A stretch of DNA of 63,045 nucleotides, filler included, from Sphacelaria rigidula (lineage: Eukaryota), in NCBI GenBank assembly GCA_964200075.2. It is 10 parts of 10 records of this genome, joined end to end, with 100 filler letters (N's around TTAATTAATTAA, not from the genome) between each part and the next. Parts side by side here need not be neighbours in the genome. Positions count along the whole stretch, not along the records: positions 12,631 to 18,845 come from CAXNAA020021460.1; positions 18,946 to 25,160 come from CAXNAA020021461.1; positions 25,261 to 31,475 come from CAXNAA020021462.1; 7 more parts are not named here. One strand, 5' to 3'. This document shows, piece after piece, positions 12,790 to 25,499 of this stretch. The notes below the pieces were generated by a model. It did no database searches, was not told the origin of the DNA, and saw nothing but the letters and a program-made list of their open reading frames with translations. How positions within the stretch are numbered: position 1 is the stretch's first letter; each line of letters starts with the position of its first letter. The position numbers and the translations under genes were made by a program.

Positions 12790-13620
12790 CAATGACCAAA
12801 CGACTAAGGAAAGCAATAAATGGGTACACCCCCCATCATACCGATGGTCGACCAGTATCCATACCTTGGCCTAGAAATATGAAGTAAGTGTTCTTGTGAT
12901 GCACACTTACATAAAGTAATAGAAACGGGTAGGGCGCAGATGGGCACGATGAATACGCCGCTCAGAGACCGGCATCCCCTTACTGGAATTAATAGATGTG
13001 TTCTAATCAATGTGAGTGAGGCAAAGCTAGAATATTCAGGAGAAGTACGGGAAGGGAAGGGAAGGTTGGTGGCGCAGCTGGAACGGTACAAATGACAAAT
13101 GACAACAGCTAAGAAAATATTTGGATGTTCAAAATCGGCGAGCAAAACAGTATCAAGAGAAGAATTAAGAAAGTACCCACTGGGAATAAATAGACACCTG
13201 AGACAATTGAATTGACAATATAATATACGGAACACGTCAAGATGAAGATTTGCCAGCCATAGTTGACGGGGTCGTATGGAATAAAGTAGCGAATGAGCAG
13301 ACTGGAATATGGTCGGGTAGCGTAGTCGAGAAACTATGGAAGGAAATCGGCGGAAATCAAGACGTAATAACATCCATGGGTCAATGTGGGGTGTACAAGG
13401 CAGAAAGTGGACGAGGAAGAACACCGGAAGGTATACGAGGGGGTGGCAGAATAGATAGCGATGGAAACAGATTGGCACGGCCCATTGGACTACGCAAAAA
13501 CGTTGCACGTGCGATTTTGGGTGAGGCGCCTGGTCCTGCCAGAGAGGAAGAGCTACACCAGTAGTCGGGTGGAGGAAGAAGCAGGTGCATAGAATTGCCC
13601 CTGTGGCAACGCAACAGAGA
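12790..13620 (+). mobile_element. LINE (non-LTR retrotransposon) ORF2 C-terminal remnant
   Basis: Disrupted frame reads YPYLGLE...AKLEYSGEVREG...TTAKKIFGCSKSASKTVSREELR, typical of the LINE post-RT region; 3' part resembles 20120-20420. Confidence 0.7.
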
Positions 13621-15125
13621 GTAGAACTCATATAGTGCCTTCAATAGGATATTCAAACAGATCATCATGTTCTGTACGTTCTGTTGCACGTATGAATCGT
13701 TGTGCCTTCGACATAGTTATTCGTTCATCATTCTCAAGCAACTACACGCTGTGCGTCGCCATGCACTCACTCTCCGTCACATTCAGACGCTGATGAGAAT
13801 AATTCGTATGTGCGGTACGGCAGCGGCGCGGTACTGTGCTATAGAATGCGGTTGAGATTATTATGTGAAAGCAGTATAACGTCAAACCATGTAGGAGGTC
13901 CACCAGCAACACTTCAAAAGGTGCCAAGACTGCTGAAGCAAGGCGAGGAGCAGTAGCGGTAGCCAGCGTGTATCGATTACATGCGATGTACCGCCTACTC
14001 AGCATTTCGAAAGATACACTCACGTGTTGTGGTCCGAAAAACGACCAGTGGACCGTTAATACTGATTTCCGCACAAAACTTCTATACTCACTAGTTGAGA
14101 TAAATAGGCGTGGTGTGCCACTTGAAAGACAGCGGATCCGAAGCGAGATCTGATCATGGACGATATTGGGCGATGTAGAGGGGAGCTGGAGGTCAAAGCG
14201 CCGGGTTGTTGCTTTGTTTCACAACCTGGACAATAGGCAAGAGACGCTGCAACAGCAACAGAGTCTGCTGCAGTAGGTACAAATATTGTCGTCGTTAATG
14301 GCTATCGGTCGACCGTATTCTCCGTTGTCGTCGGCAACCTCTATCAATATACGCATTTCTCATATTCTTGCCCGGACAGCAGCCCGTTGTGGCCCTACAT
14401 CGAACGCTACTGCGGCCAACCAAATATATTGGTAGACTGCGCGCTAAGTTCTGTGTGCCGAATCTGTTGATGATGACACTTGCGATTGATAGGCTGTATA
14501 CAAACTCTAGTGGTGGCGGCAATGGGTCGATTGCGTACACGCTCGATAGATGATTGATGATTGCCTTCAAAGTCTGTTGGTGACGACAATAGCTATCGAT
14601 AGGAACATCCCGGAATCTACTGCGGTGTACAAAGTCAGTCGGTAGATATCCCCTCCCTCGCGTAGTTACACCCACAATGCTCTGAACTTTGTATGGAGCA
14701 TTTACTCTATTGGATTACGGTAAATATGCCTCGGTTGAAGAAATGACGTCAACAATATCTACTACTCGGAACGGCTATACAATGTAAGAATCCGTGGCAT
14801 GCGTGGACAGCGGTTGACAATTTTCGTGCTTGGTGCGGTCTTGATGCTCTGGGTCGTTACTCTCATGGCCAAGAATGCATAGTGTAGTTATGTGCGTGGG
14901 TGAGATGTGCTAGTACCCTGGTCAACAGCCTGTGTAATGGAGTATTGCCGCCACAATAGCCCCGACGATATGACTGTCGATGTCTATTATTAGTCACAAT
15001 CGACTGACCCGACTGTCTATCGATAGCAATTGCACGCAACGATAGACTCGAAACAAGGGATAGATGTGTCATTGTCGCGACAATGGAGGGGCCAAGCCAT
15101 CTATCGATATATGTTGTTTATCGCA

Positions 15126-15310
15126 ATAGGCTCTGAATTGCGTCCGCGAATGTCTGTTGCTGGTCACAATAGGATCTGAATCGCGTCCGCCAATACCTGT
15201 TGCTGGTCACAATAGGGTCTGAATCGTGGTCACTAATTTCTATTGCTGGTCACAATAGGATCTGAATCGTGGCCACTAATTTCTATCGCTGGCCACTGTA
15301 GGAGCTGATT
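15126..15310. repeat. 43-bp minisatellite, about 4.3 copies
   Basis: ATAGG(A/C/G)TCTGAAT...TGCTGGTCACA units starting at 15126, 15169, 15212 and 15255. Confidence 0.85.
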
Positions 15311-16173
15311 GGTGCCATCATCAGCTGTTGGTACATAGTTTCTATGGATGTTCCAACTTTCCTCGAAAGCTGTTGCCAGCTATCGCCTCAGGTAGTTGTG
15401 TTTGCACAGTTTATGCTAGAAATATCGCCGTTGATGCCGTACCGTACGACCACTGTAGTGTACAATATATATATATATATAGATATATTGATTCCCAGCT
15501 TTTTGATGGCGGGATTGGCCATCGATATATGCCCCCCTACGATAATCCATCGTTGACCGCGATGTCTATCGATCAATATCCCCGAATCCATTGTTGGTGG
15601 CAAAGACTATCGAGAGATTGCTTCCCGAATGTATTGATGACGGCAATGGCTATCGATAGATGGCTCACCATATCAGTTGGCGACGGCAATGGTTATCTAT
15701 GCATCCCAGAATCCATTGCGTTATCCAACTTCCATCGGCGGCCAGTGATCGTACTCTTTTGTAGTTCCAAAAGACTATAGATCGACGCTCACAACATATA
15801 TTAATGTCTCTTGTATACATTTCAAATAGGCGTGTTTGACCATATTTTGTGCTTTACGATGTATATAATCGACAGACTTTCGCCCGCGTCTGTTGTGAAA
15901 GCAATGGATTATTGTTGTGCCTATTGTCCAGGGTATGACTGCACTTCCCGAGGTCCCTCCTGTTCTCCTTTTTCATTTCTACTGTGTTTCGTTCTTACTT
16001 CCAGTTCCTCCCCTTCCTCAAGACGAGTCCGTGGTTCGCAGGGATCAAGCCATATATCCCTCGGTGCACGACTTACTCTTTAGTACGGTTTCGTGGATTG
16101 GATCATGACCATCAGCACCCCCGCATCGCGTCGATTGTCGCGTAACAAACTCGGCCAAAAGCAGCCGATCACC

Positions 16174-16590
16174 CAAATTGAGGATGAAGCTTTTCAATGA
16201 GGATGAAGACCCGGAGAATGATATTCTTCGTATCCACACCAAATCTTCGAAATATGGTTCCACTCCTTCACCTTCTGGTAGCTATTGGCAACTAATACAT
16301 GCCCTACAAATTTGGATTTCGATAACCGAAACGTTGGGGTTCTCGTGTATAAATTGATTTGGGGGAATTTCGGCGATCCGATCGGCTCACCTGAATTCCC
16401 TCAAATTGTTTCTTCCCCTAGGACCCCAACATTGCGGTCATCGAAATCCAAATTTGTACAACGTGTGGTAGTTGCCAATAACTACCAGTAGGTGAAGAAA
16501 TACAGCTTTATTTCGAACATTTGGTATTGATACGAATATTTTAATTTTCCGAGTTCTCATCCTCAACGAAGAGCTTCACCCTCAATTTCC
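16174..16590. mobile_element. Long-palindrome MITE, older copy of the 39612-40051 family
   Basis: AAATTGAGGATGAAGC ... GCTTCACCCTCAATTT with about 190-bp imperfect arms; shares TCGAAATATGGTTCCA and AATTTGGATTTCGAT with 39612-40051. Confidence 0.8.
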
Positions 16591-17241
16591 ATGATCGGCT
16601 GTTCAACAAGAATATGTTCGCTACTCACGCACATCTTTAAGCTTTTCACGGCAAAAATCAGACGCTTCTGAGATATAAAAGGAAAAGTCCAACTAGACGC
16701 ATTTGGCTGGCGTCGAACCTGCGTTTTTCCTGACCTAGGGGTGCAACGCTACGCATGTGAAACCTCGAAAGATATTGACTCGTCGTCAGGCATTCTAGAA
16801 AACACGGGACAGTGATGTCAAAAATCACCCAATCCACGTATGTTTTCCGTTCTCAAAATAATATACTAGTGGTCATGCTTAATGTGCAAAAGTAACCCGA
16901 ACCGGAACATTGTGATCGAAGAACGGAAACGCTCGAGAAAAATAGAGACCAACAAGTACGCCTTGCTTCTTTTTTTTTTAAAATAAACTCAGTTTCGGCT
17001 ACTCGTAAAGGACAGCTGAGGTGAACTGCCCGTAGCTGCCTAGGTGTGCAAAGCACCGCTCCACGTGTTTATACGCTCCCGCTCATTGTTGAATGTTATG
17101 TATGGAGAATATGCAATTAGTGTTTTCGTCAGCAACGACGGAACGTGTCACTAATACTTCGTGTTCCTTGCGGCGCGAGAAGCGGCGCTGACTACTGTAC
17201 CGTGGCGCGACCAAAACGTATTCCTTTTCCTGCCCGCTCAC

Positions 17242-17765
17242 CCCCTCAAAAACCCATGAGGATGTGGCCACAGCAGGCTGATCTCGTGCGCGTTTGACTT
17301 CAAAGCTCTGTCAAAATGAAATGCCACATCGCGCACAGTCTTTGTCGATTGTCGTTGTCCAAAGCAATTTCGGAGGTGGTTGGGGTTGGATGCTGTGGGC
17401 GAAGTGGGTGTCGTGGAGGTCCCAGGGTATTCGCAGCGCCGACTACCGTACGGTAGCTGGGGTACCGACATTTGGCAGAGACTCATAACTCCAAATGCTT
17501 CAGGGGGGGCAACCGAAACTGATTGATTGATCCATTGATTTTGATGGATTACCGCACACAGAATGATCAACGAGGTACCCAGCCGTGGCGGAGTCACAAC
17601 ACGAGATAGACCTACCCTTTACCCCTAGGTAAACACAGCGGCAGATACTCTGTATTCGACGGATACCTCAAGTGTGCACACCCCATACCCGCACCACTCC
17701 CTTCCTTGTTTGTGCTGAGGGAAGAGCTTATTTCGTGCTTCCTCCTTGCAAGGAAGTGGCTGCAT
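17242..17765 (-). CDS. Two candidate internal exons of an unidentified gene (17765-17667, 17307-17242)
   Basis: Splice sites ttcag|...GAG|gtatc and ttttgacag|...GGG|gtgag; lengths 99 and 66 nt, open in two frames; no recognisable homology. Confidence 0.3.
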
Positions 17766-19001
17766 CTGAAGTGCGCACACACGCGCCAAACAGGCAAGCA
17801 GGCAGACGATCAGTAAGAGAGGAAGGAAGAGAGCCTCTGGATCATCTTGCACGAGAGATAAGGACTATTATAGTACCACTTGAGTTACCGTCTGGAATCA
17901 CAGTGACAGAACCGACAGGTCACCCCAAGCACTGCTGTCTACATATCACAGCGAAGGTTTTACTCTCCTGCTCCTCATTACGGCCTGAAACCACAGCAAC
18001 GGAGATGCCAGACGTCCTGCACGAAGTGTTTGAGTTTCACACCGACTGTTTTACTCATCTGCTCCTCGTGCCATGTGTCTTGTACCCTATGCACGCACTA
18101 TCGTTACCTGTTGGTGGTACAGAACGAGAAGAACTTCACGGATTGAGTGAAGCGACTAGTGGTTTGGGTGTTGCAACATCCATTTTTATACCGTGGATAT
18201 ATTGTTTAGTGAACAAGTACAATGTAGTGATCGGGGACGGTAGATTAGCGTGAAATACTTTACCTCCGCTCTAGTCATACTATTGTACTGCAAAATAATG
18301 TTCCTTTTGCCCCTATTTTGTGACAAGGCGATATTGACGCTTCGTGGTATTTGACATTCTGCTTATTCTCATAACAAAAATATTTTGTTGACGTTGTTTT
18401 GGATGCATGTCGCAGGGGAATCTCAGACTCGAGTACTTCGAGCCATGAAAGAGACAGGGAGGGCAGGCTGATGAGGGACGTGGGGTGGCAGGAGGGGGTC
18501 ATCCAATCCGTGTCCAATTTTATGTTCCAGAACCGAACCCAGGTACGGACAGCGTACTAAATGCGACGTGAGATATAATAAAGTGTGCAACGACAAACTA
18601 GACTCTGTCGTCTCGGTACTCGCTTACGCAATTTTCTAGTATAAAAAACAGATGATATGAAAAACACTCAGACAGAGTGAAGTCAAGCAAACTCGATATG
18701 AGCAGGTGAGTAAACGTGCAGTCATTTTGCTTTCCTGCGATAATACCAGTCCCCCCTGCCCCCCTCCCAATGGTGACACGACTAAGGCAAGCAACGAATG
18801 AGTACGCCCCCCCCCCTCCCCTCCTTCTCGAAAGGGATGCGTGGTNNNNNNNNNNNNNNNNNNNNNNNNNNNNNNNNNNNNNNNNNNNNTTAATTAATTA
18901 ANNNNNNNNNNNNNNNNNNNNNNNNNNNNNNNNNNNNNNNNNNNNGCTCGCGCCGGCGTTAGGCGCGGTCCGGTTGGTGAGGGCCGGGCGGTCGCGCTGG
19001 T

Positions 19002-19045
<44 letters not shown>

Positions 19046-19344
19046 CGTTTCCTCTCCAAAGTCCACTCTGTTCGTTGTCTTGGTATCTTCTTCAATTTTT
19101 GTCCACCATATCTGGTGCGTCATTCAGTACGTACTCAACCCTTTTGCCGAGCGCGTTTCTGTCTTGTGGCTATGGCGTGATTTTTTAGCGTATCATGCGG
19201 CAATGAATGCATTAATTGATCAGTCTAATGGGGTGGTACGCTGTTAGTGGATTGATGTGAAGAGTCATACAGTACTAGTTTTACAACAACAACAACATCA
19301 GGAAACCACACAGACCGATACACTCCGGCCTAGTCAATCACCAT

Positions 19345-19575
19345 TAATTATTTTTGTCATTATTGTGATTATTATGATTATGATTATGATTATGATTATG
19401 ATTATTATTATCATTTTCATCATCATTGCCGTCATCATTATTTTTAGTAGTAGTTGTAGAATTACGACCAATGTCCAATGTTACCATTCTTCTTCCCCTC
19501 ATCATTTTTATTATCATCATCATAATCATCATAATCATCATCATCATTATCGTTGTTAGTCTTATTATTTCTGCA
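19345..19575. repeat. Compound (ATC/ATT/ATG)n microsatellite
   Basis: Runs of ATTATG, ATCATC and ATT. Confidence 0.9.
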
Positions 19576-19675
19576 CAGGAGCTCCATCCCTCGAAGCCAT
19601 GGTCACATCATATACCGAGGATTACTCATATTGACGGGATGGTTGATACAGGTGGCCTGCACCACGAGGCAGTAC

Positions 19676-21609
19676 CTTGCATTTGTCCACCTTCCCTTTT
19701 CCGACTCCAAGCTGGTTGGAAATGATGGCCACCTTGTACCCCTTTTCGTGCCACGCTTTCAGTGCAGATCGAATATTGGGATACACCAACTGCCAGTCTC
19801 CTACAGCATCCGAAAATTTGCTGCCTTTGACAACGAAAAGGGAAAGAAAGTAGAACGAAACCAAACAACGGGGATAAAGAGTGGGGGGGTGTACTCATGA
19901 TCATGCTTGCCATAGTCATAAGACCATTGACCTCGCATCCCTACACTCAATCACCAAGCGCGAAGCGCCGGATAAAGAGTGGGGGGGGGGGCGTCCTCAG
20001 TTGTTGCTTGCCTTAGTCGTTTGACCATTGACCACGCATCCCGTTTGAGGCGGAGCACCGTTCCTACTCCCAATAGACACCTTAAACATTCCGGCGCTCA
20101 TTACGTTTTTCCATACATTTCACAAGAACCTCTTACATATCTTATCCCCGTCCTGTTTCGCCGTCTCTTGCCACCATCTTTCTCCTAGTATAGCCATCAT
20201 TCTCTCCCTACTGGCTACTGCATCAAACAATTCCATGCTATCTTCGTTCACGTCCAGCATTTCCCCCGCTAGCACGTCCCGTTCCTCCTTGTTTAGTTCA
20301 CATTCTGCCACTACATGACTTCTGCTCTCTTTTGCTTTTTCACAGGGGCACTTCAGGCGATCTACTTGTTCCTCCTTTCGACAACTGGTAAATCTTCTTC
20401 TTTCTAACAGGTCCGGGCTGAAGAGAGGGGAGAGAGACAAGCGTGAAAAAACTAGCAGAGAAGAGACGGCAGTCAACAAATGCAAGAAAACAATGATGCA
20501 CATGAGGGGATAAACAAAAACGAGCGTAGACACGGTGAGGATCGAAAACGCAAAATGAAATGAAAACGCAAACAACGAGAAAAGCCGAAACAGAGGACAG
20601 ACAACGGAAAGCGAACATCGACTGTGTGCCGATCAGGACTTGAAGTCCCCCGCTGCCCACAAGAGAATAGCATGACCGCACTATAGAAGGACCCCGCACT
20701 ACACCAGCACAACGCCATTGCTTCAACACAATGTGCGGATCGGGCTTGTCAAGAACGATTTTGACCCACTTTACTGCACTTCGTCGCGGGCCCGCACAAT
20801 AATGGGGGTCCCCTCTGCACTAGGGCGTCAAAAACTACTTGATTTTAAAGCAAGAGGAGGAAAAATGAGTGCAAATTTCAACTTGGCGCCCACAACATTC
20901 CCAATGTGCATCAGCACGATGCCGAAAGCTCAGGCAGTTTGCACGTGGAGCTCACCTGCTGCTTAGTCTGCGACTTCGGCGTTTCGCCAAATTCTTCCTT
21001 GATTTTATCGTTCTAATAGCCATTCGCCCGGTGGCTCAGCTGGTAACCTCGAGACCTACTGACGGTCGGGTCATAGGTTCAGATTTCGGTGAAGTCACAC
21101 GCTCTGAGATTTTTTTGACCCCATGCCCAACAGCGGAGAGCGACCATGTCGTGGGTACACACAATGCGACTTCACGGTCGACGAGGAAAGGTCACCACTG
21201 GAGCCGTCTCGCGGTAAAAAAGAGGGAAAGCACCGCAGAAGAAAGGCAGACTACTAAATAAAATAAAATAACGACTCCTGCGTTGACCTTCCTCCTGTGT
21301 GACCCCGGCTTATGCGTCCAAATATTCCGAAAGGTGTAGGCTGCCGCCCAGAATAGATGGGATGACAGCACACACACGCATGTACACACCGGGCATGAGA
21401 TGAGTCATCTCTCGAGGTTGCGGCCCCGTCCCGAGCAAGGAAGGGGGAAGGAGTGCACAGAGTCCGACAACATACAACTCAATCTTTTTTCACCTGACTT
21501 GCTCTTGATGAGCGTGCCATCCATGTCAAACGCCACAATATGCGTCGAAACCCTGCGCCCTCCCTTCGGCAGCCATCGCAGCACGGAGCCCTCCAACAGT
21601 TCCTCCCAT
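19676..21609 (-). CDS. PNKP: Polynucleotide kinase 3'-phosphatase (HAD phosphatase domain), partial; exons 21609-21494 and 19824-19676
   Basis: Spliced peptide WEELLEGSVLRW...IVAFDMDGTLIKSKSG|SKFSDAVGDWQLVYPNIRSALKAWHEKGYKVAIISNQLGVGKGK: DxDGT motif I plus SNQxG motif of the PNK3P family; GT-AG sites with matching phase 1. Confidence 0.88.
19880..20420 (-). mobile_element. LINE 3' end fragment inside the PNKP intron
   Basis: CPCEKAKESRSHVVAEC zinc-knuckle-like ORF2 end followed by 3' tail GGGATGCGTGGTCAATGG...ACTAAGGCAAGC; tail also seen at about 12750-12810, 18780-18845 and 25261-25335. Confidence 0.75.
21026..21389 (+). mobile_element. tRNA-derived SINE family A
   Basis: Head GCCCGGTGGCTCAGCTGG (A box) ... 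GGTTCAGATT (B-box-like), conserved body, CA-rich tail; homologous to 23322-23677 (-) and 37630-37789. Confidence 0.8.
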
Positions 21610-23321
21610 CTGAAAAAAATGGTCATGAGCCGTTCGTGCAGAAAAACAACGCTGTTTGTTGGCACACCACATTTCATGTCGGGGTGTGTACTTCGAGAAC
21701 TTGAAAATGTCGCCTTGACCGCGTCTTGAGAGATAAGGGGGGTGAACTCCGTCTGGACGAGAAAAAGGAAGGACCACAGACGCCACCGTATGTCTCTGTC
21801 CTCCTCCGTGTATGTGGATGCTGGGGTGTAAGTAGATCTCGCCACAGAGGGATCACAGGCGCAGAAAATGAGAGGCCAGCAGCCCCGTAACCTCAATTTG
21901 TTATGCGACACATGGTGCAATGTTTTAACTACGACTTCCTTACGTTCAACGGAGTGATTGCCATACATTGAATCCTCTACACGCCCATGGACTTTCGACC
22001 TAAACTACACTCAGGGTCAGCGATTAAAAACTCTTTGGTCGAAAGAACAGTAACCAGTCACGACCGCGTCTTTTGAAACTGTTTACCTGAAGACCGACCC
22101 TAATGATCCACAGCACGCTACGCGTTAGTGTAACAGTTAACTTCTCTTAGAAGAGAATTCCCCTGCCCTTGTGGATTTCGGTTTGGGTTTGTATACTGAA
22201 TCCAAGTGGATAGGCGGAAACCGCTCATTCCCATGTGTATGTACGCAGTGGTAGCAGCGCGTTTTTGCGTGGTGTTTCGAGGGACAGGATCGAGCCTGTC
22301 AGTTGCTTGATATGTTCCCATCTTGGCATCTTTTCGACTTTTGAACAGCTGTTTGGTGATTTGAAGATATGATCTCCGAAGGGTAACCTGATGCACCCAC
22401 ATTCCAGACGAGGTCACAAGATGGACGTACCCGCCGCCAGGAAAACGGATATGGTTGGGGAAAAAAAATCGAGTTGGGGAGCAATATATATATATATATA
22501 TGTATATAAAATAAGGCACCTCGAGCAGACTTTCCTGCATTTACAGCAGTATCGGTACATGAAGAACTAAAGCATGTCGCAGACGTGCGCGCGGTGGCAT
22601 GCACGGACATCAATGATCATCTTCGCAGTCGAAGGGTTGAACAATATCACGCGTACACGTCGCCCTCACCATGGAAGTGCACAAATCTTTACTGCATAAA
22701 TACCCCCGTTTGCAAAGCTTTGAGAGCGCTCAGCACAATCTCGGCGCAAGCGCAAGACGACACTCTAGACAAAAACAACAACTAGACGCAGCGAGAGAGA
22801 ACACCGACGGAAAGAAATATTTATACAAGTTACTGTAAAAGAAAACTCGAAGTTTATTCGAAGTGGCCGTGACTGCCATTCATCATTTTCATCTCCCTCC
22901 CTCTCCATCCCTCGCAACAGTGCCGCCAAGAGCATACGTGCAAAAAACAAAAAAATGAACAACGGGAAAATGGGAGAAAAAATAGACAAAACTCGACCAA
23001 CCTCACGAACGCTCGCCTTTAAAGATCACTTCAAGCCGCACAGGCGAGACTCGAAAAAACATCACAAGTCATGCTCCGTTGCAGAGAAAGACACCCATTT
23101 GTTGCCACGTATTTTTTCCGGGGCGTTCAGAGCTAATTCCTGTATGGTACAGAGTGGTGCTGCGAAGAGCCTTCCCTCCGGCTACGCGTCACATGGCGGC
23201 TTGTAGCGTGTGTGTTCCACACGTACGAAGTCGTTCACCGGCTGGCATAAGCGATGGATACTTTTTTTCAGCTCTGTCGTCGAAAGTAGATTAGCGTGGA
23301 AAACACATGGAACTGATGTGT

Positions 23322-23677
23322 TGTGTGTGTGTGTGTGTGTGTTCTCGTCCCATTTATTCTGAACGCCAGTCCACACCTTTCGGTATATGTGGGCGCACCA
23401 GCCGGGGTCACACAGGAGGAAGGTCAACACGGGAGTTCTTTTTTTTTTTTCCTGGTACTCCACCTTCCTTCTGCGGTGCTGACTTTATTTTTTATCGCGA
23501 AAGGGGCTCAGCAGCCCCTTACCACCGTCGACCGTTAAGTTGCATTTTGTGTACCCACGGCATGGTCGCTCTCCACTGTTGGGCATGGTGTGAGAAAAAA
23601 TCCCAGATCGCTCCGAGAGCTGAACCCACGACCCAACCGTCAGGAGGTTACGAGGTTACCAACTGAGCCACCGGGGC
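23322..23677 (-). mobile_element. tRNA-derived SINE family A
   Basis: Reverse complement reads GCCCCGGTGGCTCAGTTGGTAACCTCG...TTGACCTTCCTCCTGTGTGACCCCGGC...(CA)n, matching 21026-21389. Confidence 0.8.
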
Positions 23678-25119
23678 AACCGGCAATACGCGACGCGAAG
23701 CACAACCCCATGTGTGGTCTTTGGATCCCGGAACCTGTTCCTACAGGCACATGAGTATCATATTAAGTTGGTGTAGAGTTCATCTAGGCTGCTATTCTAG
23801 TTCGAGAATATGGAAATGCGTTATCCTCGTGAAAAAAAAATCTGTGGAGACCACATATGTATGAGCGTGATGAACATCAAAGTACACATGTGAGCCAGAC
23901 AGATAGTCTCAGGAAGGGGGTCCGCCAGTGACACACATGAGCGGACTCGAAACGTTCAATCCTGTGAAACTGGATCTTTGGCAACCTAGGTAACGGGGTG
24001 TCCGGTGTAAGAGCTTGAAATAACGGGGCCACCGCATGAACCCTGGTTGAGCGTGGCCGGTACTGCCGTACTACCTCGTTCAGTTGTTCTTTTGGCTTAC
24101 CCTTTGCCACGGCCAACAACCTCGCCTGAATGACAAGAGAGGGAATTACGCCTCGCTCTGGAGATCCTTCGGCAGCAGGGTACGACAACGTTCTTCTTCG
24201 GGATCCGTAACTGTACTGTCTCACCCCTAGCGAAGCCTTAGGTCACAGATTGCCTTTTTTGTTCCTCGCAAGAACGTTCGTCCAACAAACCGTTTCCTCT
24301 AACCGCGAAGTAACGTGGTCATTATCCATGAGTGCAAGTGCATACGTTCGTTACCTACTTTCGGAGCACGAATCCTTCTGCAGTAAGCTCTCAAACACTT
24401 CGTTGTCAGAAATTGAAAAAAAAAAGGGGGGGGGGGGCGAACACAAGCCTGATCATACCCCCCGGCTTGCCCCCACCCCGCCCCTTGGGGGCTTCGTGTA
24501 NNNNNNNNNNCGAATCTTTATGGAGTAAGCCGTCAAACGCTGGGTTGTAAGAAATTGAAAAAAAAAAGGGGGGGGGGGACGAACGCGTCGGTGAGTTTCT
24601 CCTGGAGAACTTCGCAGGGCCCTACTATTTGCCCTTATGCCGGACGAAGGAGGATCATACAAAAGCCTGATCATACTCCACGGCTTGCCACGACCGTGCT
24701 CAGTGGAGGCATCGTGAAGGCACCAACAAGAGCCATCTTCCATTTGTTCCCATGCATGTGAAATGATCCGTCGCGAAGAGAGAGCGTGGATGTGGTAAAT
24801 AGAAACCCCCGCGTTGAAAATTCCTTGACGAGGGTAATCATTGAACACCTGTCTCAACCCCGCAGCCAGGAGCCCACTCGAGACAACAGACGAAAGAAAT
24901 TGCATCAGAGGCGTTAGACAACCGAAGACGGATATTGAGAACTTGCCAGAGAAACTCGTCACCGCGACGCGCCAAAGAAAGGCGAAAAAAAAGCGCATAA
25001 CGTCAACCTCCATAAATCTTAAAAGCTGAAACTATACGCCACAATACAAAAATACAGAGAGGATGAAATATTCGGCATGGAAACACCAGCCAAGAGAACC
25101 TTACCACCCCCCCCCCCCC

Positions 25120-25155
<36 letters not shown>

Positions 25156-25499
25156 AAAAANNNNNNNNNNNNNNNNNNNNNNNNNNNNNNNNNNNNNNNN
25201 NNNNTTAATTAATTAANNNNNNNNNNNNNNNNNNNNNNNNNNNNNNNNNNNNNNNNNNNNGCTCCGTCCCGGCGTTGTAGGGATGCGAGGTCAATGGTCT
25301 TGTGACTATGTCATGCATGATCATGAGTACACCCTTCCTCGAGAAGAGTCCGTGGTGTCAAGGGATCATCGCATATCTTCCACAGCACATCCCTGGCATT
25401 TGGGTGTTGCGGATTGGATCCGCATTCCCGGACCGCGTTGACTGTCATTGATCGAGCTTCCTTCGCTACCCGAGCCGTCAATATTTCAATGACAGAAAC

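Noticed and set aside
15126..15310. CRISPR-like array
   Set aside because: The variable parts are homologous to each other and only about 18 nt, there are no cas genes, and the context is eukaryotic: a minisatellite.
19257..19725. Poly-Ile/His/Met ORFs
   Set aside because: Translations of a microsatellite.
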